A stretch of DNA of 64,000 nt from Nitrospinaceae bacterium (GTDB taxonomy: Bacteria; Nitrospinota; Nitrospinia; Nitrospinales; Nitrospinaceae). Under the pieces are notes generated by a model. That model searched no databases. It was not told the DNA's origin and worked only from the letters and a program-made list of their open reading frames with translations. Of this stretch, positions 39,229-48,173 are shown one piece after another. The stretch lies in contig JAHELC010000001.1 in assembly GCA_024644405.1 (NCBI GenBank), positions 8,854 to 72,853 of the forward strand, written 5' to 3'. A program made the position numbers and the translations under genes. Each line of letters opens with the position of its first letter. Positions within the stretch are counted from its first letter, which is position 1.

Positions 39229-40562
39229 TTGAAAATCGGGACCTCCTCCAGCTTTTTTTTGACACGCGCGGCCACAACCTTCATCTCAGGGGCTTCGACT
39301 TCGGAAGAGTTTGAAAATTGTTTCACGTATTCCCCAAACGGATTGGTCGAACCCGACTTGACCAGACGTTTTTTATAAACGTCGACTCCCTGTTTATCAG
39401 CCTGAGGTTTTTTTTCTACCTTCGCGGCCCGCGGCGCTGAGACCTCATTTTCAGACTGGGGTTGGGGAAACCCGGTCACCGGTTTCCGTTCGTGCCCTTT
39501 TTTATGCAGAGTGCCTTTAATCTGCTCAATCCTTTCCGGATCCTGAATGTTCCCCAACAATGAAATCTGATCATTGGAAATTCCTATCACCAGAACATCC
39601 CCAGCCACCTCCACCAAGGCGATGCTTTTCCGGGGAGCCAGAAAACCGGTTGACAGAACCTTGATGGGTTTCCCTTCCCCCCCGAAGACGCTGTTCTTCA
39701 ATCCAAATTTTTTGAACAGGTGAAATATGACAAACATCAACCCCAAAACCAGCCCCAGGGTATAAACCATCTTGAGACTGGCCGAGAATAAATCGGGTTT
39801 CCCACCGGTCAAATCATTCTCAAAATCCAGCATTCCCGCCTTTTTGGTTTTCAAGGGCAAAGGTTCGGAGGAAGCCGCTTTTTTCGGTTGTTCACTTTTC
39901 AAGGCCTGCCCCAGCACCTGAGACAGCGGCGTCGCAGTCTTGTCATGTTTTTTCGTTGAAGAGTCGGGTTTCACCCCCAGGGTCGGCGGGGATGCTTGTG
40001 GCCGTATTTTGGGTGCGTCGGGGCTTGGCAGTTGTCCCGAAGTGGTTTTGGTTTGAACCTTTTGCGATTGCTGGATGCGCGAAGCCCGGGCCAACAAACT
40101 TTCCAGTGAATCGGAAACTTCATTCTTGACGGGAGCCGGCTCCGGGAGGTGCTGGTTGATTCGAATACGAAGCACGCGTCCCACCTGCTCCACCACGGTT
40201 TCATCGCTGAGAATCGACGCCCCGGGAGCCAATATCAAACGCAGGCGCAGCCGTTTGGGATCGAACTGCGAAACGTAAACCTGCCGGATCCGGTCATCCC
40301 CTGTATCAAAATAACGCTTGGACGGATTCACATAGGCCAAGGGAAAATCCATTTGAATGGATTTTTTAAAAAATTTCGGGCTCTGGAAATGAACGGGCGG
40401 ATTTTTGAATTTCAGCTGTATCCACAGTTCCCCATCCTTTCGATCGACAGTCACGTCCTTCAAAAGGTTGTAACTCGAAAGCGATGGTGAAGCACCCGCG
40501 AGATGCGTCCAAAGCAAGACAAAACCAAGGGTTCCTGCCACAACACGGCCAACAATTTTCAT
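39225..40562 (-). CDS. fliO: FliO-like flagellar protein with N-terminal AMIN-like domain and long linkers
   Basis: 445 aa. The region at about residues 250-345, 'LGLVLGLMFVIFHLFKKFG...KPIKVLSTGFLAPRKSIALVEVAGDVLVIGISNDQISLL', matches the FliO TM + core pattern. The gene sits between fliN and fliP. The N-terminal 'LKDVTVDRKDGELWIQLKF...QMDFP...RLRLIL' resembles an AMIN domain. Confidence 0.6.
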   Translation of the reverse strand: MKIVGRVVAGTLGFVLLWTHLAGASPSLSSYNLLKDVTVDRKDGELWIQLKFKNPPVHFQSPKFFKKSIQMDFPLAYVNPSKRYFDTGDDRIRQVYVSQFDPKRLRLRLILAPGASILSDETVVEQVGRVLRIRINQHLPEPAPVKNEVSDSLESLLARASRIQQSQKVQTKTTSGQLPSPDAPKIRPQASPPTLGVKPDSSTKKHDKTATPLSQVLGQALKSEQPKKAASSEPLPLKTKKAGMLDFENDLTGGKPDLFSASLKMVYTLGLVLGLMFVIFHLFKKFGLKNSVFGGEGKPIKVLSTGFLAPRKSIALVEVAGDVLVIGISNDQISLLGNIQDPERIEQIKGTLHKKGHERKPVTGFPQPQSENEVSAPRAAKVEKKPQADKQGVDVYKKRLVKSGSTNPFGEYVKQFSNSSEVEAPEMKVVAARVKKKLEEVPIFK

Positions 40563-40631
40563 GATTCGTCCTCTCCGTTAGGCGTACGAATAGCGTCAAA
40601 AACACCGACACCAGAGATCTAGATGGATAAA

Positions 40632-40647
40632 TGCAAAGGCCGTACCG
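40632..40647 (-). promoter_or_regulatory. Candidate sigma-54 (-24/-12) promoter upstream of fliO-fliP-fliQ-fliR-flhB
   Basis: The minus strand reads cGGtACG-GCCT-TTGCA, against the consensus TGGCACG-N4-TTGCW. The GG-N10-GC spacing is canonical. It lies in the 220-nt fliN-fliO gap, about 70 nt upstream of the fliO ATG. Confidence 0.4.
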
Positions 40648-40782
40648 AAATTGTCTGATCAATGGGGTTTTAAATTGGGGAACAGACGGTTTGACGGATA
40701 GGAAATCTGGAGTTGCGTGCGGGAAATATATGCCGAGAGTAGACGGGTGGCATCTGAAGGGAAAAACGGAGAAGCGGGCTTG

Positions 40783-41151
40783 TCAGGTCAAAGACTGGAC
40801 CCGCTCCATGGGAGACACGATATCGGTCAAACGGACCCCGAACTTATCGTTCACAACGACCACTTCGCCGCGAGCCACTAATTTATCATTGACCAGAACC
40901 TCCAGCGGTTCGCCCACCAACTTGGTCAATTCAATCACCGAGCCCTGGCCCAGCTGCAGCAAATCGTTGATCAGCATTTTGGACCGACCCAATTCCACGG
41001 TAACGGTCAAAGGAATATCCAGGATCAAGTCCAGGTTTTGGGTTTCCCCTCCGGACAAAGCCCCGGAACCGGGCACATCCGGATCCTGACTGAATTGGTC
41101 CAGGTTATCGATATCATCCAATGCTTCATAATCGTCTTGATGTTCAGCCAT
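40783..41151 (-). CDS. fliN: Flagellar motor switch protein FliN
   Basis: 122 aa. The SpoA domain is 'LILDIPLTVTVELGRSKMLINDLLQLGQGSVIELTKLVGEPLEVLVNDKLVARGEVVVVNDKFGVRL'. Confidence 0.9.
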   Translation of the reverse strand: MAEHQDDYEALDDIDNLDQFSQDPDVPGSGALSGGETQNLDLILDIPLTVTVELGRSKMLINDLLQLGQGSVIELTKLVGEPLEVLVNDKLVARGEVVVVNDKFGVRLTDIVSPMERVQSLT

Positions 41152-41162
41152 AATAATTCATC

Positions 41163-42152
41163 CTATTGAAGAACTTCTGTAATTTGAATTGCTTTCATTC
41201 CCCGCGAGACACCGGAGTAGCCTCTGAATTTAGCCGTTCCTTCAGTTTTGATATAAAGCGGATCGGAAACATCCTTGTTCAGCATCACCACATCGCCCTC
41301 TTGCAGTCGAAGCAGTTCCCTGGGAGTCATTTGAGTTTGACCCAATTCCGCCACCATCTCCACCTGGGTGTGCATCAATTCTCCCCGCAGGCGGTTGATC
41401 CATACCTGGTCCACTTCCATTTGTTCGCTTTGGAAGTTGGCTTTGAGTTTGTTGATGATCGGTTCGATCATGGAATAAGGAATACAAATGGTCGCGGTTC
41501 CGGAGGAATTTTCCATTTCGATATCGAACACAATCACCAAAACCACATCCGTTGGAGGAACTATGGCCGCAAACTGAGGGTTCACTTCCGAGCGGACATA
41601 CGTGCACGCCACGGGGTGAACGGATTTCCAGGCGCGTTCCCAATCTTCCAAAGCGTTCAGAACCACTTTCTTGGTCATTCGGACTTCGATGGCGCTGAAA
41701 TCCCGGCCCAGAATATTGATGTCCGAGGTGCCCGTTCCTCCAAAAAAATTATCCACAAATGAAAATACCAGACGGCTTTCAATCACGATCAAGCCGAATC
41801 CCCGCAGTGGCTCCATGCGAAACACATGCAAACTGGAAGGCACCGACAGAGACCGCAAAAATTCGCCGAATTTAAGCGAGTCGGTGGAGACCGTGCTGAT
41901 ATCGGCTGATTTGCGCATCAAACTGGAGAAAGAGTTTCGAAACAACCTCGAAAACATCTGATTGATAATATCCAGAGTCGGGAGGCGGCCACGGACAATT
42001 TTCTCCTGGCTGGTCAGGTCGTAGGGAACGACGCCCCTGACTTCCTCGGGAGCATCGGTTTCCGTTTCAATTTGACCCTCGCTGACACCTCTCAGCAGGG
42101 CATCCACTTCTCCCTGGGATAAAACCTGTTCCATATCGACATACCTCGCCAA
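41163..42152 (-). CDS. fliM: Flagellar motor switch protein FliM
   Basis: 329 aa. The N-terminal CheY-P-binding motif is 'LSQGEVDALL'. FliM middle and C-terminal SpoA-like domains follow. Confidence 0.92.
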   Translation of the reverse strand: MARYVDMEQVLSQGEVDALLRGVSEGQIETETDAPEEVRGVVPYDLTSQEKIVRGRLPTLDIINQMFSRLFRNSFSSLMRKSADISTVSTDSLKFGEFLRSLSVPSSLHVFRMEPLRGFGLIVIESRLVFSFVDNFFGGTGTSDINILGRDFSAIEVRMTKKVVLNALEDWERAWKSVHPVACTYVRSEVNPQFAAIVPPTDVVLVIVFDIEMENSSGTATICIPYSMIEPIINKLKANFQSEQMEVDQVWINRLRGELMHTQVEMVAELGQTQMTPRELLRLQEGDVVMLNKDVSDPLYIKTEGTAKFRGYSGVSRGMKAIQITEVLQ

Positions 42153-42180
42153 ACCCCTGCCGAAAAAAATCGTTAAGGGT

Positions 42181-42699
42181 TTATTGAATTAAAAATTCAG
42201 AAAAATACACTTCCCGGACATGCCCCATTGCCAGAAACCGGTTGACTCGCGTCGTGATTTCATCTTTCAGTTTGAATTTCCCTTGAATCGAATACACATC
42301 TTCGAACGTTTTACTGCTCAGCAATACCAGAATGGAATCCATGATCTTCTGCCGGTTATCTTCAACTTCCGGCTGGACTGCCGGATTGTTCAATTCCAGG
42401 GTGACGGTCACCTTTAAAATCCGGCTCCCCTTGGTCCTTGCCAGGTTCACCATAAAAGGCTCCAGCGGAACCATGACTCCCACCGCCGGGGCAACCGGCC
42501 GCGCCGGTGTTACTGATTGAGACTGCATGGCGGTCGATGGGGCTTGAGACTCGGAGTTTCCGGATATAAAGTCCTGGGCGTAATACCCCCCCACTCCGGC
42601 GATCAGGATGAGCATCACCACCAAAAGGATATTTGTAAAAGAGTTTCGAGCGGCAGGTCCTGCCTGAACATTGTCTGCAATGGGTTGCTCTTCAGCCAT
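42181..42699 (-). CDS. fliL: Flagellar basal body-associated protein FliL
   Basis: 172 aa with a single N-terminal TM. 'PLEPFMVNL...LKVTVTLEL' and 'EVYFSEFLIQ' are FliL-like. It lies upstream of fliM. Confidence 0.8.
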   Translation of the reverse strand: MAEEQPIADNVQAGPAARNSFTNILLVVMLILIAGVGGYYAQDFISGNSESQAPSTAMQSQSVTPARPVAPAVGVMVPLEPFMVNLARTKGSRILKVTVTLELNNPAVQPEVEDNRQKIMDSILVLLSSKTFEDVYSIQGKFKLKDEITTRVNRFLAMGHVREVYFSEFLIQ

Positions 42700-43245
42700 G
42701 AACCCGGGTCTCCGTGTTTAGAGGATCAAGAATCATAATTACAGTATAAATCCATATAAGCCATATCCCAAACTTGACGGGAAGGTAAAACTCCGGCAGC
42801 CCTTGGTGGGCCCTCCCCTCCCTCAGTCTTCTGTGCCCCGGTCCGGACTCAGGAAGGCGGAATCAATACGAATTTCAACAAGTTACAACATTATATATGT
42901 TTCACGGTAAAACCCCGTTAATACTTGAGCATCTGTTCTTTTTTATTGCATAAAACCGGCTAGTGCGCTTTTTTCATGCAAAATGAATTCATCCCCCAGT
43001 ACCTCTCCGGGTACTCAATGGCCGCCCTCAAATATTTTAAATCTTTGAAAATTAAATGGTTACTTGATTTTCAAGCTTTGGAACGCGTCCTTGCAACAAC
43101 TTGGTACAGGAATTGAATTACATTTACCAAATCTCGGAATCGGGATCTTAAGAGCAGTGATTTTAAATTTTACTTTGGTTTGGAGGAATCAAGACTGTCC
43201 ATCCCATCAACGGTTCGATCGGCCAATTATCAGGAGTCACCTTGA

Positions 43246-43584
<339 letters not shown>

Positions 43585-43643
43585 CTGAAGGATGAAAAAA
43601 GTTTCAGCGGGCCTCACTTAACTTTTGGAAGGAGAATAACTAA

Positions 43644-44954
43644 ATGCAAATGAGATCTCGGTCGCAATCGTTGATCGTTTTAATAATTTTTCTGGTGGTT
43701 TGTTTCCCGGGCCAGGCATTGGCCGAGGAAGTCCCGGTACTTAATTCCGGCGATACCGCCTGGATGTTGACGGCGACCGCTTTGGTGCTTTTTATGACCA
43801 TCCCCGGACTATCGCTGTTTTACGCCGGCATGGTGCGCAGCAAAAATGTCCTGTCGGTATTGATGCAATGTTTTGCGATCACATCCCTCATGACCGTTTT
43901 GTGGGTCGTTTACGGCTACAGCATGGCTTTCGGCGGACCCGGAGAATATTGGGGAGGCCTGTCCAAAGTTTTCCTGAAAGGGGTGACCGTTGACTCGCTC
44001 AGTGGCAGCATTCCTGAAAGCGTTTTCATGACCTTCCAGATGACGTTTGCCATTATCACCCCCGCCCTGATCGTCGGGGCGTTTGCGGAGCGCATGAAAT
44101 TCTCCGCCATACTGCTTTTCATGGCGCTCTGGTTCACCATCGTATACGCCCCCGTGTGCCACTGGGTCTGGGGAGAAGAGGGATGGCTGGGTGGCCTCGG
44201 CATTCTCGATTTTGCCGGGGGTACGGTCGTACACATCAATGCCGGAATCGCCGGCCTGGTCGCTGCGATCGTTCTCGGCAAACGCAAGGGATATCCCGAA
44301 AAACACATGCCGCCTCATAACCTGGGTTACACCCTGATGGGCGCGTCCATGCTGTGGGTCGGCTGGTTCGGTTTCAACGCCGGCAGTGAACTGGCCGCCG
44401 ATGGTACGGCCGGCATGGCCATGGCCGTAACGCAAATCGCCACCGCCGCCGCGGCATTGGGCTGGATGTTCAGTGAATGGGTGGACCATGGAAAACCAAG
44501 CGTGCTGGGTATCGCTTCGGGAGCGGTTGCCGGACTGGTTGCCATCACACCGGCCTCCGGAGCCGTGGGCCCGATGGGGGCACTGGCCATCGGTGCCGCC
44601 GCCGGGGTGGGTTGTTTCCTCGCTTCCACCAAGATCAAACGCCTTTTGGGATACGACGATTCCCTGGACGTTTTCGGCGTGCATGCCGTCGGCGGGATCA
44701 TCGGAGCCATTCTGACCGGGATTTTTTGCGCCCAGGGACTGGGCGGAGTCGGTTTTGGAGGCAACAACACGGGTATCGGCGGTCAAGTCTGGGTTCAGCT
44801 CATCGGAGTCATCGCCACGGTGGTTTATTCCGGGATCGTCAGCTTTGTGATCCTGAAAGGAGTGGACAGCCTGGTGGGCCTGCGCGTTGGCGACGACGAA
44901 GAAACGGAAGGGCTGGACCTTTCCCAGCATGACGAACGTGGATATAACCTGTAG
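43644..44954 (+). CDS. amtB: Ammonium transporter
   Basis: 436 aa. 'GDTAWMLTATALVLFMTIPGLSLFYAGMVR', 'DFAGGTVVHINAG' and 'LDVFGVHAVGGIIG' are Amt family signatures. Confidence 0.94.
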   Translation: MQMRSRSQSLIVLIIFLVVCFPGQALAEEVPVLNSGDTAWMLTATALVLFMTIPGLSLFYAGMVRSKNVLSVLMQCFAITSLMTVLWVVYGYSMAFGGPGEYWGGLSKVFLKGVTVDSLSGSIPESVFMTFQMTFAIITPALIVGAFAERMKFSAILLFMALWFTIVYAPVCHWVWGEEGWLGGLGILDFAGGTVVHINAGIAGLVAAIVLGKRKGYPEKHMPPHNLGYTLMGASMLWVGWFGFNAGSELAADGTAGMAMAVTQIATAAAALGWMFSEWVDHGKPSVLGIASGAVAGLVAITPASGAVGPMGALAIGAAAGVGCFLASTKIKRLLGYDDSLDVFGVHAVGGIIGAILTGIFCAQGLGGVGFGGNNTGIGGQVWVQLIGVIATVVYSGIVSFVILKGVDSLVGLRVGDDEETEGLDLSQHDERGYNL

Positions 44955-44996
44955 CTAACTGTTTTTTTTGCAATGTCTTTACAAGGAGGAGGTTCA

Positions 44997-46208
44997 ATGA
45001 AAAAGTTTTTAAACTTCTATGGTTCTTGGCTCGGGTCGGCCGCTCTGATGGGCTTGATCCTGCTGTTACCCGGCCAGGCTTCGGCGGGGAAAAACGTCTT
45101 TAAATTTTTCGAGGATATGGAAATACACGGGTTCGTTTCCTCCTCTTACAGCTACAACTTCAATAAACCGGCCACCCAAACCAACTGTGGTATTGCACCC
45201 CTGACCGGGTGCGCCCGTATTTTCGATCAGGACGACAACAGTTTCAAACTGGACAACACCGAGCTGGTGTTCCTCAAGGAAACTCCCGATACCGGGGATA
45301 TCGGGTTCCGGTTCGACCTGACCTTCGGCTTCAGCCTGCCGGAAGGTGCGCAACGGCTACGGAGCTCGCCATCCGCACCCGGGGGATTATCTCCAATAGC
45401 CACAGCGGACGACGACTTCGACCTCCAGCAGGGTTATGTTTCCTGGAACGCGCCCATCGGCAGAGGTCTCCAGTTGGATTTTGGTAAATTCGTTACTCAC
45501 GTCGGCGCCGAAGTATTCGACGGTTATGACGGCTGGAACATGAACTTTTCCCGCACCTTTGTCTTCGGCTGGGGGATTCCTTTCAATCATACCGGCCTTC
45601 GCGCCACCTATGAATTTACCGACAAGCTGACCGTAATGGCCATGCTCGCCAACAACTGGGGAGAAGCCGGGGTCAGCGACAATAATACCGATAAAGTGGT
45701 GGGCACACAGATTGCTTACAGTCCCTCGGACACGATCGGCATTCTATTCAACTGGGTCGGTGGCAACCAGGGAACCGTCACGCCCCCGGTAAGCAACAAT
45801 AACAATTGGAGAAATATCTTCGACATCGTGGTGGATATTGCACTGACCAATCGGCTGGCCCTGCAGTTGAACGTCGATTACGGGGCGGAGGAAAATGCAC
45901 ACCCCGTCAATGGCGGGACGGCGAAATGGGGAGGATTTGCCGGCATCGTCCGCTACGATTTTAACAAATGGTTTTCCATGAACGTGCGCGGCGCTCATTT
46001 CATCGATGCGGATGGCTTTCGCATGGGCGCCGTGGGCAACCGATTGTGGGAAGTCACCTTCACTCCCGAATTCCGTGTCGCGGATAACATGGTGATCCGT
46101 TTTGAGTACCGCCACGACGAATCCAATCTGAGCATCTTTGAGGAAGATGACGGATCCGGAACCAGTCACCAGGACACGGTTGCCATGAACGCCCTGATCC
46201 ACTTTTAA
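44997..46208 (+). CDS. Putative outer-membrane beta-barrel porin (amt-associated)
   Basis: I set the start at ATG 44997 after AGGAGG. It has a signal peptide ending 'GQASA', alternating beta-strand-like composition rich in G/Y/F/N/D, and a C-terminal 'ALIHF'. It follows amtB by 42 nt. Confidence 0.6.
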   Translation: MKKFLNFYGSWLGSAALMGLILLLPGQASAGKNVFKFFEDMEIHGFVSSSYSYNFNKPATQTNCGIAPLTGCARIFDQDDNSFKLDNTELVFLKETPDTGDIGFRFDLTFGFSLPEGAQRLRSSPSAPGGLSPIATADDDFDLQQGYVSWNAPIGRGLQLDFGKFVTHVGAEVFDGYDGWNMNFSRTFVFGWGIPFNHTGLRATYEFTDKLTVMAMLANNWGEAGVSDNNTDKVVGTQIAYSPSDTIGILFNWVGGNQGTVTPPVSNNNNWRNIFDIVVDIALTNRLALQLNVDYGAEENAHPVNGGTAKWGGFAGIVRYDFNKWFSMNVRGAHFIDADGFRMGAVGNRLWEVTFTPEFRVADNMVIRFEYRHDESNLSIFEEDDGSGTSHQDTVAMNALIHF

Positions 46209-46233
46209 CAACAGGAGGCTTCTCGGGTAAAAG

Positions 46234-46277
46234 GTCCGGGGGATCTCCGCTTCGCGGCGGGGTTTCTCCGGACTTTT
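46234..46277 (+). terminator. Candidate intrinsic terminator after the glnK-amtB-porin unit
   Basis: GTCCGG (46234-46239) pairs with CCGGAC (46268-46273). An inner CCGC-TTC-GCGG hairpin lies between them. TTTT follows. Confidence 0.45.
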
Positions 46278-46375
46278 CCTATTCGCTTTATTTCCACGCT
46301 CCTTCCCCAATCTTCTTTATTCCCGCACCCGGAATCGTTACAATAACCGCATCATTATCCGATCAGGAAATCGCA

Positions 46376-46723
46376 TTGCTGAATCCGGCTCAAAACCAGA
46401 TCGTCTATCTCATGTTTTTGAACGGCCTGCTGTTTCTGGGACTGAACTTTATCGCCTGCGCCATCGTGTTTCCCGGAGGACCGGGATCCAAAAAACTGGG
46501 GTATGTGTTGATAACCGCCGTCGCCCTGGTGCTGTGCATCACCCAGGAGCTGGATATTCTAGTCGCCCTGGAGTTCCCGGTAGCCGCCGCCCGCGCCGTT
46601 CTTCTGATCGGGTTCGCCGCTCCGGTGTTTTTGATTTCCCTCGTGTATTACCGGATCAAAAGATCGCGGTTGGAACGTGCCAAACCGCCGCCCCCCAACG
46701 GAGAAACCCATGCAGATCGTTGA
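46376..46723 (+). CDS. Small hypothetical membrane protein (3 predicted TM)
   Basis: 115-aa ORF with a TTG start, possibly starting instead at the internal Met. It has three hydrophobic stretches and overlaps the ltaE start by 14 nt. I recognise no motif. Confidence 0.4.
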   Translation: MLNPAQNQIVYLMFLNGLLFLGLNFIACAIVFPGGPGSKKLGYVLITAVALVLCITQELDILVALEFPVAAARAVLLIGFAAPVFLISLVYYRIKRSRLERAKPPPPNGETHADR

Positions 46724-47747
46724 TTTGAGAAGCGACACCATGACCCAGCCTACCGAGGTCATGCGGGAAGCCATGGCCCGGGCGGAGGTGGGGGATGACG
46801 TATTTGACGAAGACCCGACCATCCACCGGCTCCAGGATATGGCAGCCGAAAAACTGGGCAAGGAGGCCGCTCTCTTTCTTGCCAGCGGCACCATGGGCAA
46901 TCTGGTGAGCCTGTTGACCCACTGCGGCCGGGGGGATGAGATCCTTCTGGGGGACCGGAGCCATATTTTTCTCAATGAAGTGGGAGGATTGTCCGCCTTG
47001 GGGGGGATCCACCCCCACACCGTCGCCAACCAGGATGACGGCACCCTGGCCCTGGAGGCGCTGGAAAACGCCATCCGGCACAGCGACCTGCATTATCCCC
47101 CGACCCGACTGATCTGCCTGGAAAATACCCAGAATTATTGCTTTGGATCGCCCCTGACTCCCCAATACATGGATTCAGTGGCCGAATTAGCTCGCAAATA
47201 CGGGTTAATGGTCCATCTGGATGGAGCGCGGATTTTCAACGCTTCTACCGCCTTGTCCATCGATGTCCGGGAGTTGACCCGCCAGGCGGACTCGGTGATG
47301 TTCAGCCTGTCCAAAGGCCTCTCCGCCCCCGTGGGTTCGGTCCTGTGCGCCACCCGGGATTGGGTGGCAAAAGCCCGCAAATGGCGGAAAATGCTGGGTG
47401 GCGGCATGCGGCAGGCCGGCCACCTCGCCGCCGCCGGGATCGTGGCTCTGGAAACCGGGGTGGACCGCCTGGCTGAGGACCACCAAAATGCCCGAACTCT
47501 GGCGCAGGGTCTGAAGCGGCTGCCCGGGATCGAGATCGAACCCGAAAAAAACCCGACCAATATCCTCTTCTTCAAACTGGACCACCCGCAAGTGACCCCC
47601 CGGGAGTTTCTGGAACAAATGGATGCGCAGGGTGTCAAACTGCTGTTGATGGAAGGCGGGGTGTTCCGGGCGGTCCTGAACCGGATGGTCACCCGCGAGC
47701 ACACGGCATCGGCGCTTGAAATCGCGAAATCGATCCTGACTCGATAA
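46710..47747 (+). CDS. ltaE: Low-specificity L-threonine aldolase
   Basis: It starts at MQIVDLRSDTMTQPT (ATG 46710, with SD GGAGAA upstream). 'VGDDVFDEDPT', 'LFLASGTMGN' and 'FSLSKGLSAPVGS' (PLP lysine) are threonine aldolase signatures. Confidence 0.88.
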   Translation: MQIVDLRSDTMTQPTEVMREAMARAEVGDDVFDEDPTIHRLQDMAAEKLGKEAALFLASGTMGNLVSLLTHCGRGDEILLGDRSHIFLNEVGGLSALGGIHPHTVANQDDGTLALEALENAIRHSDLHYPPTRLICLENTQNYCFGSPLTPQYMDSVAELARKYGLMVHLDGARIFNASTALSIDVRELTRQADSVMFSLSKGLSAPVGSVLCATRDWVAKARKWRKMLGGGMRQAGHLAAAGIVALETGVDRLAEDHQNARTLAQGLKRLPGIEIEPEKNPTNILFFKLDHPQVTPREFLEQMDAQGVKLLLMEGGVFRAVLNRMVTREHTASALEIAKSILTR

Positions 47748-47831
47748 TCGGGGTGACGGAGGGTTTGACAGACCCCTCCGCAAAGATTAGAATGCACAGG
47801 TAGAACAATCCACTTATTGTAAGGAGCATCA

Positions 47832-48053
47832 ATGCAGGAATTACTGGAACTGGAAAAACTGGCCCTGGATGTGATCAAAAGCCGCTATCTATTGTGTATC
47901 CTGGTATCCCAACGGATCCATCAGCTGGAAAAAGGCGCACAGCCCTGCATCGAGGTGGGCGAAAACGAATATGAAAATCCCAAAACCTATTACGAACTCG
48001 CTCTCCGGGAAATCATCGAAGGCAATATGGATTTAGAACAAATCGCCAGCTGA
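47832..48053 (+). CDS. rpoZ: DNA-directed RNA polymerase subunit omega
   Basis: 73 aa. 'IKSRYLLCILVSQRIHQLEKGAQP' and 'ALREIIEG' match the RpoZ pattern (NRY-L-V-A-RAR-L ... AL-EI--G). Confidence 0.75.
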   Translation: MQELLELEKLALDVIKSRYLLCILVSQRIHQLEKGAQPCIEVGENEYENPKTYYELALREIIEGNMDLEQIAS

Positions 48054-48116
48054 ATCAAAAACCAGCTCTCCCATCATTCGATTTCTTCAAATACAGTTAG
48101 CCGTTAAATTAAAAAA

Positions 48117-48148
48117 GGCCCGTCCAAATCGGACGGGCCTTTTATTTT
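48117..48148. terminator. Bidirectional intrinsic terminator between convergent rpoZ and the cytochrome operon
   Basis: A perfect 9-bp GC-rich stem, GGCCCGTCC (48117-48125) / GGACGGGCC (48131-48139), has a 5-nt loop. It is flanked by AAAAAA (48111-48116) and TTTTATTTT (48140-48148). Confidence 0.85.
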
Positions 48149-48173
48149 GACTTCTTAACAGATGGTGAGAGGA

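Noticed and set aside
43079-43116. Two sigma-54-like motifs upstream of glnK, considered as a promoter feature
   Set aside because: The first has GG-N11-GC spacing, one nucleotide too long. The second has correct spacing but TTGA instead of TTGC at -12. Neither meets the strict -24/-12 rule, so I listed them only as a low-interest observation.
42976-43128. 50-aa plus-strand ORF (MQNEFIPQYLSGYSMAALKYF...) in the fliL-glnK intergenic region
   Set aside because: It has no Shine-Dalgarno sequence, no motif and an AT-rich context. It is probably a chance ORF in a regulatory region.
43809-44930. 373-aa minus-strand ORF
   Set aside because: It is antisense to amtB. Its translation is Gly/Arg/His/Asp-rich with no membrane or domain signature.
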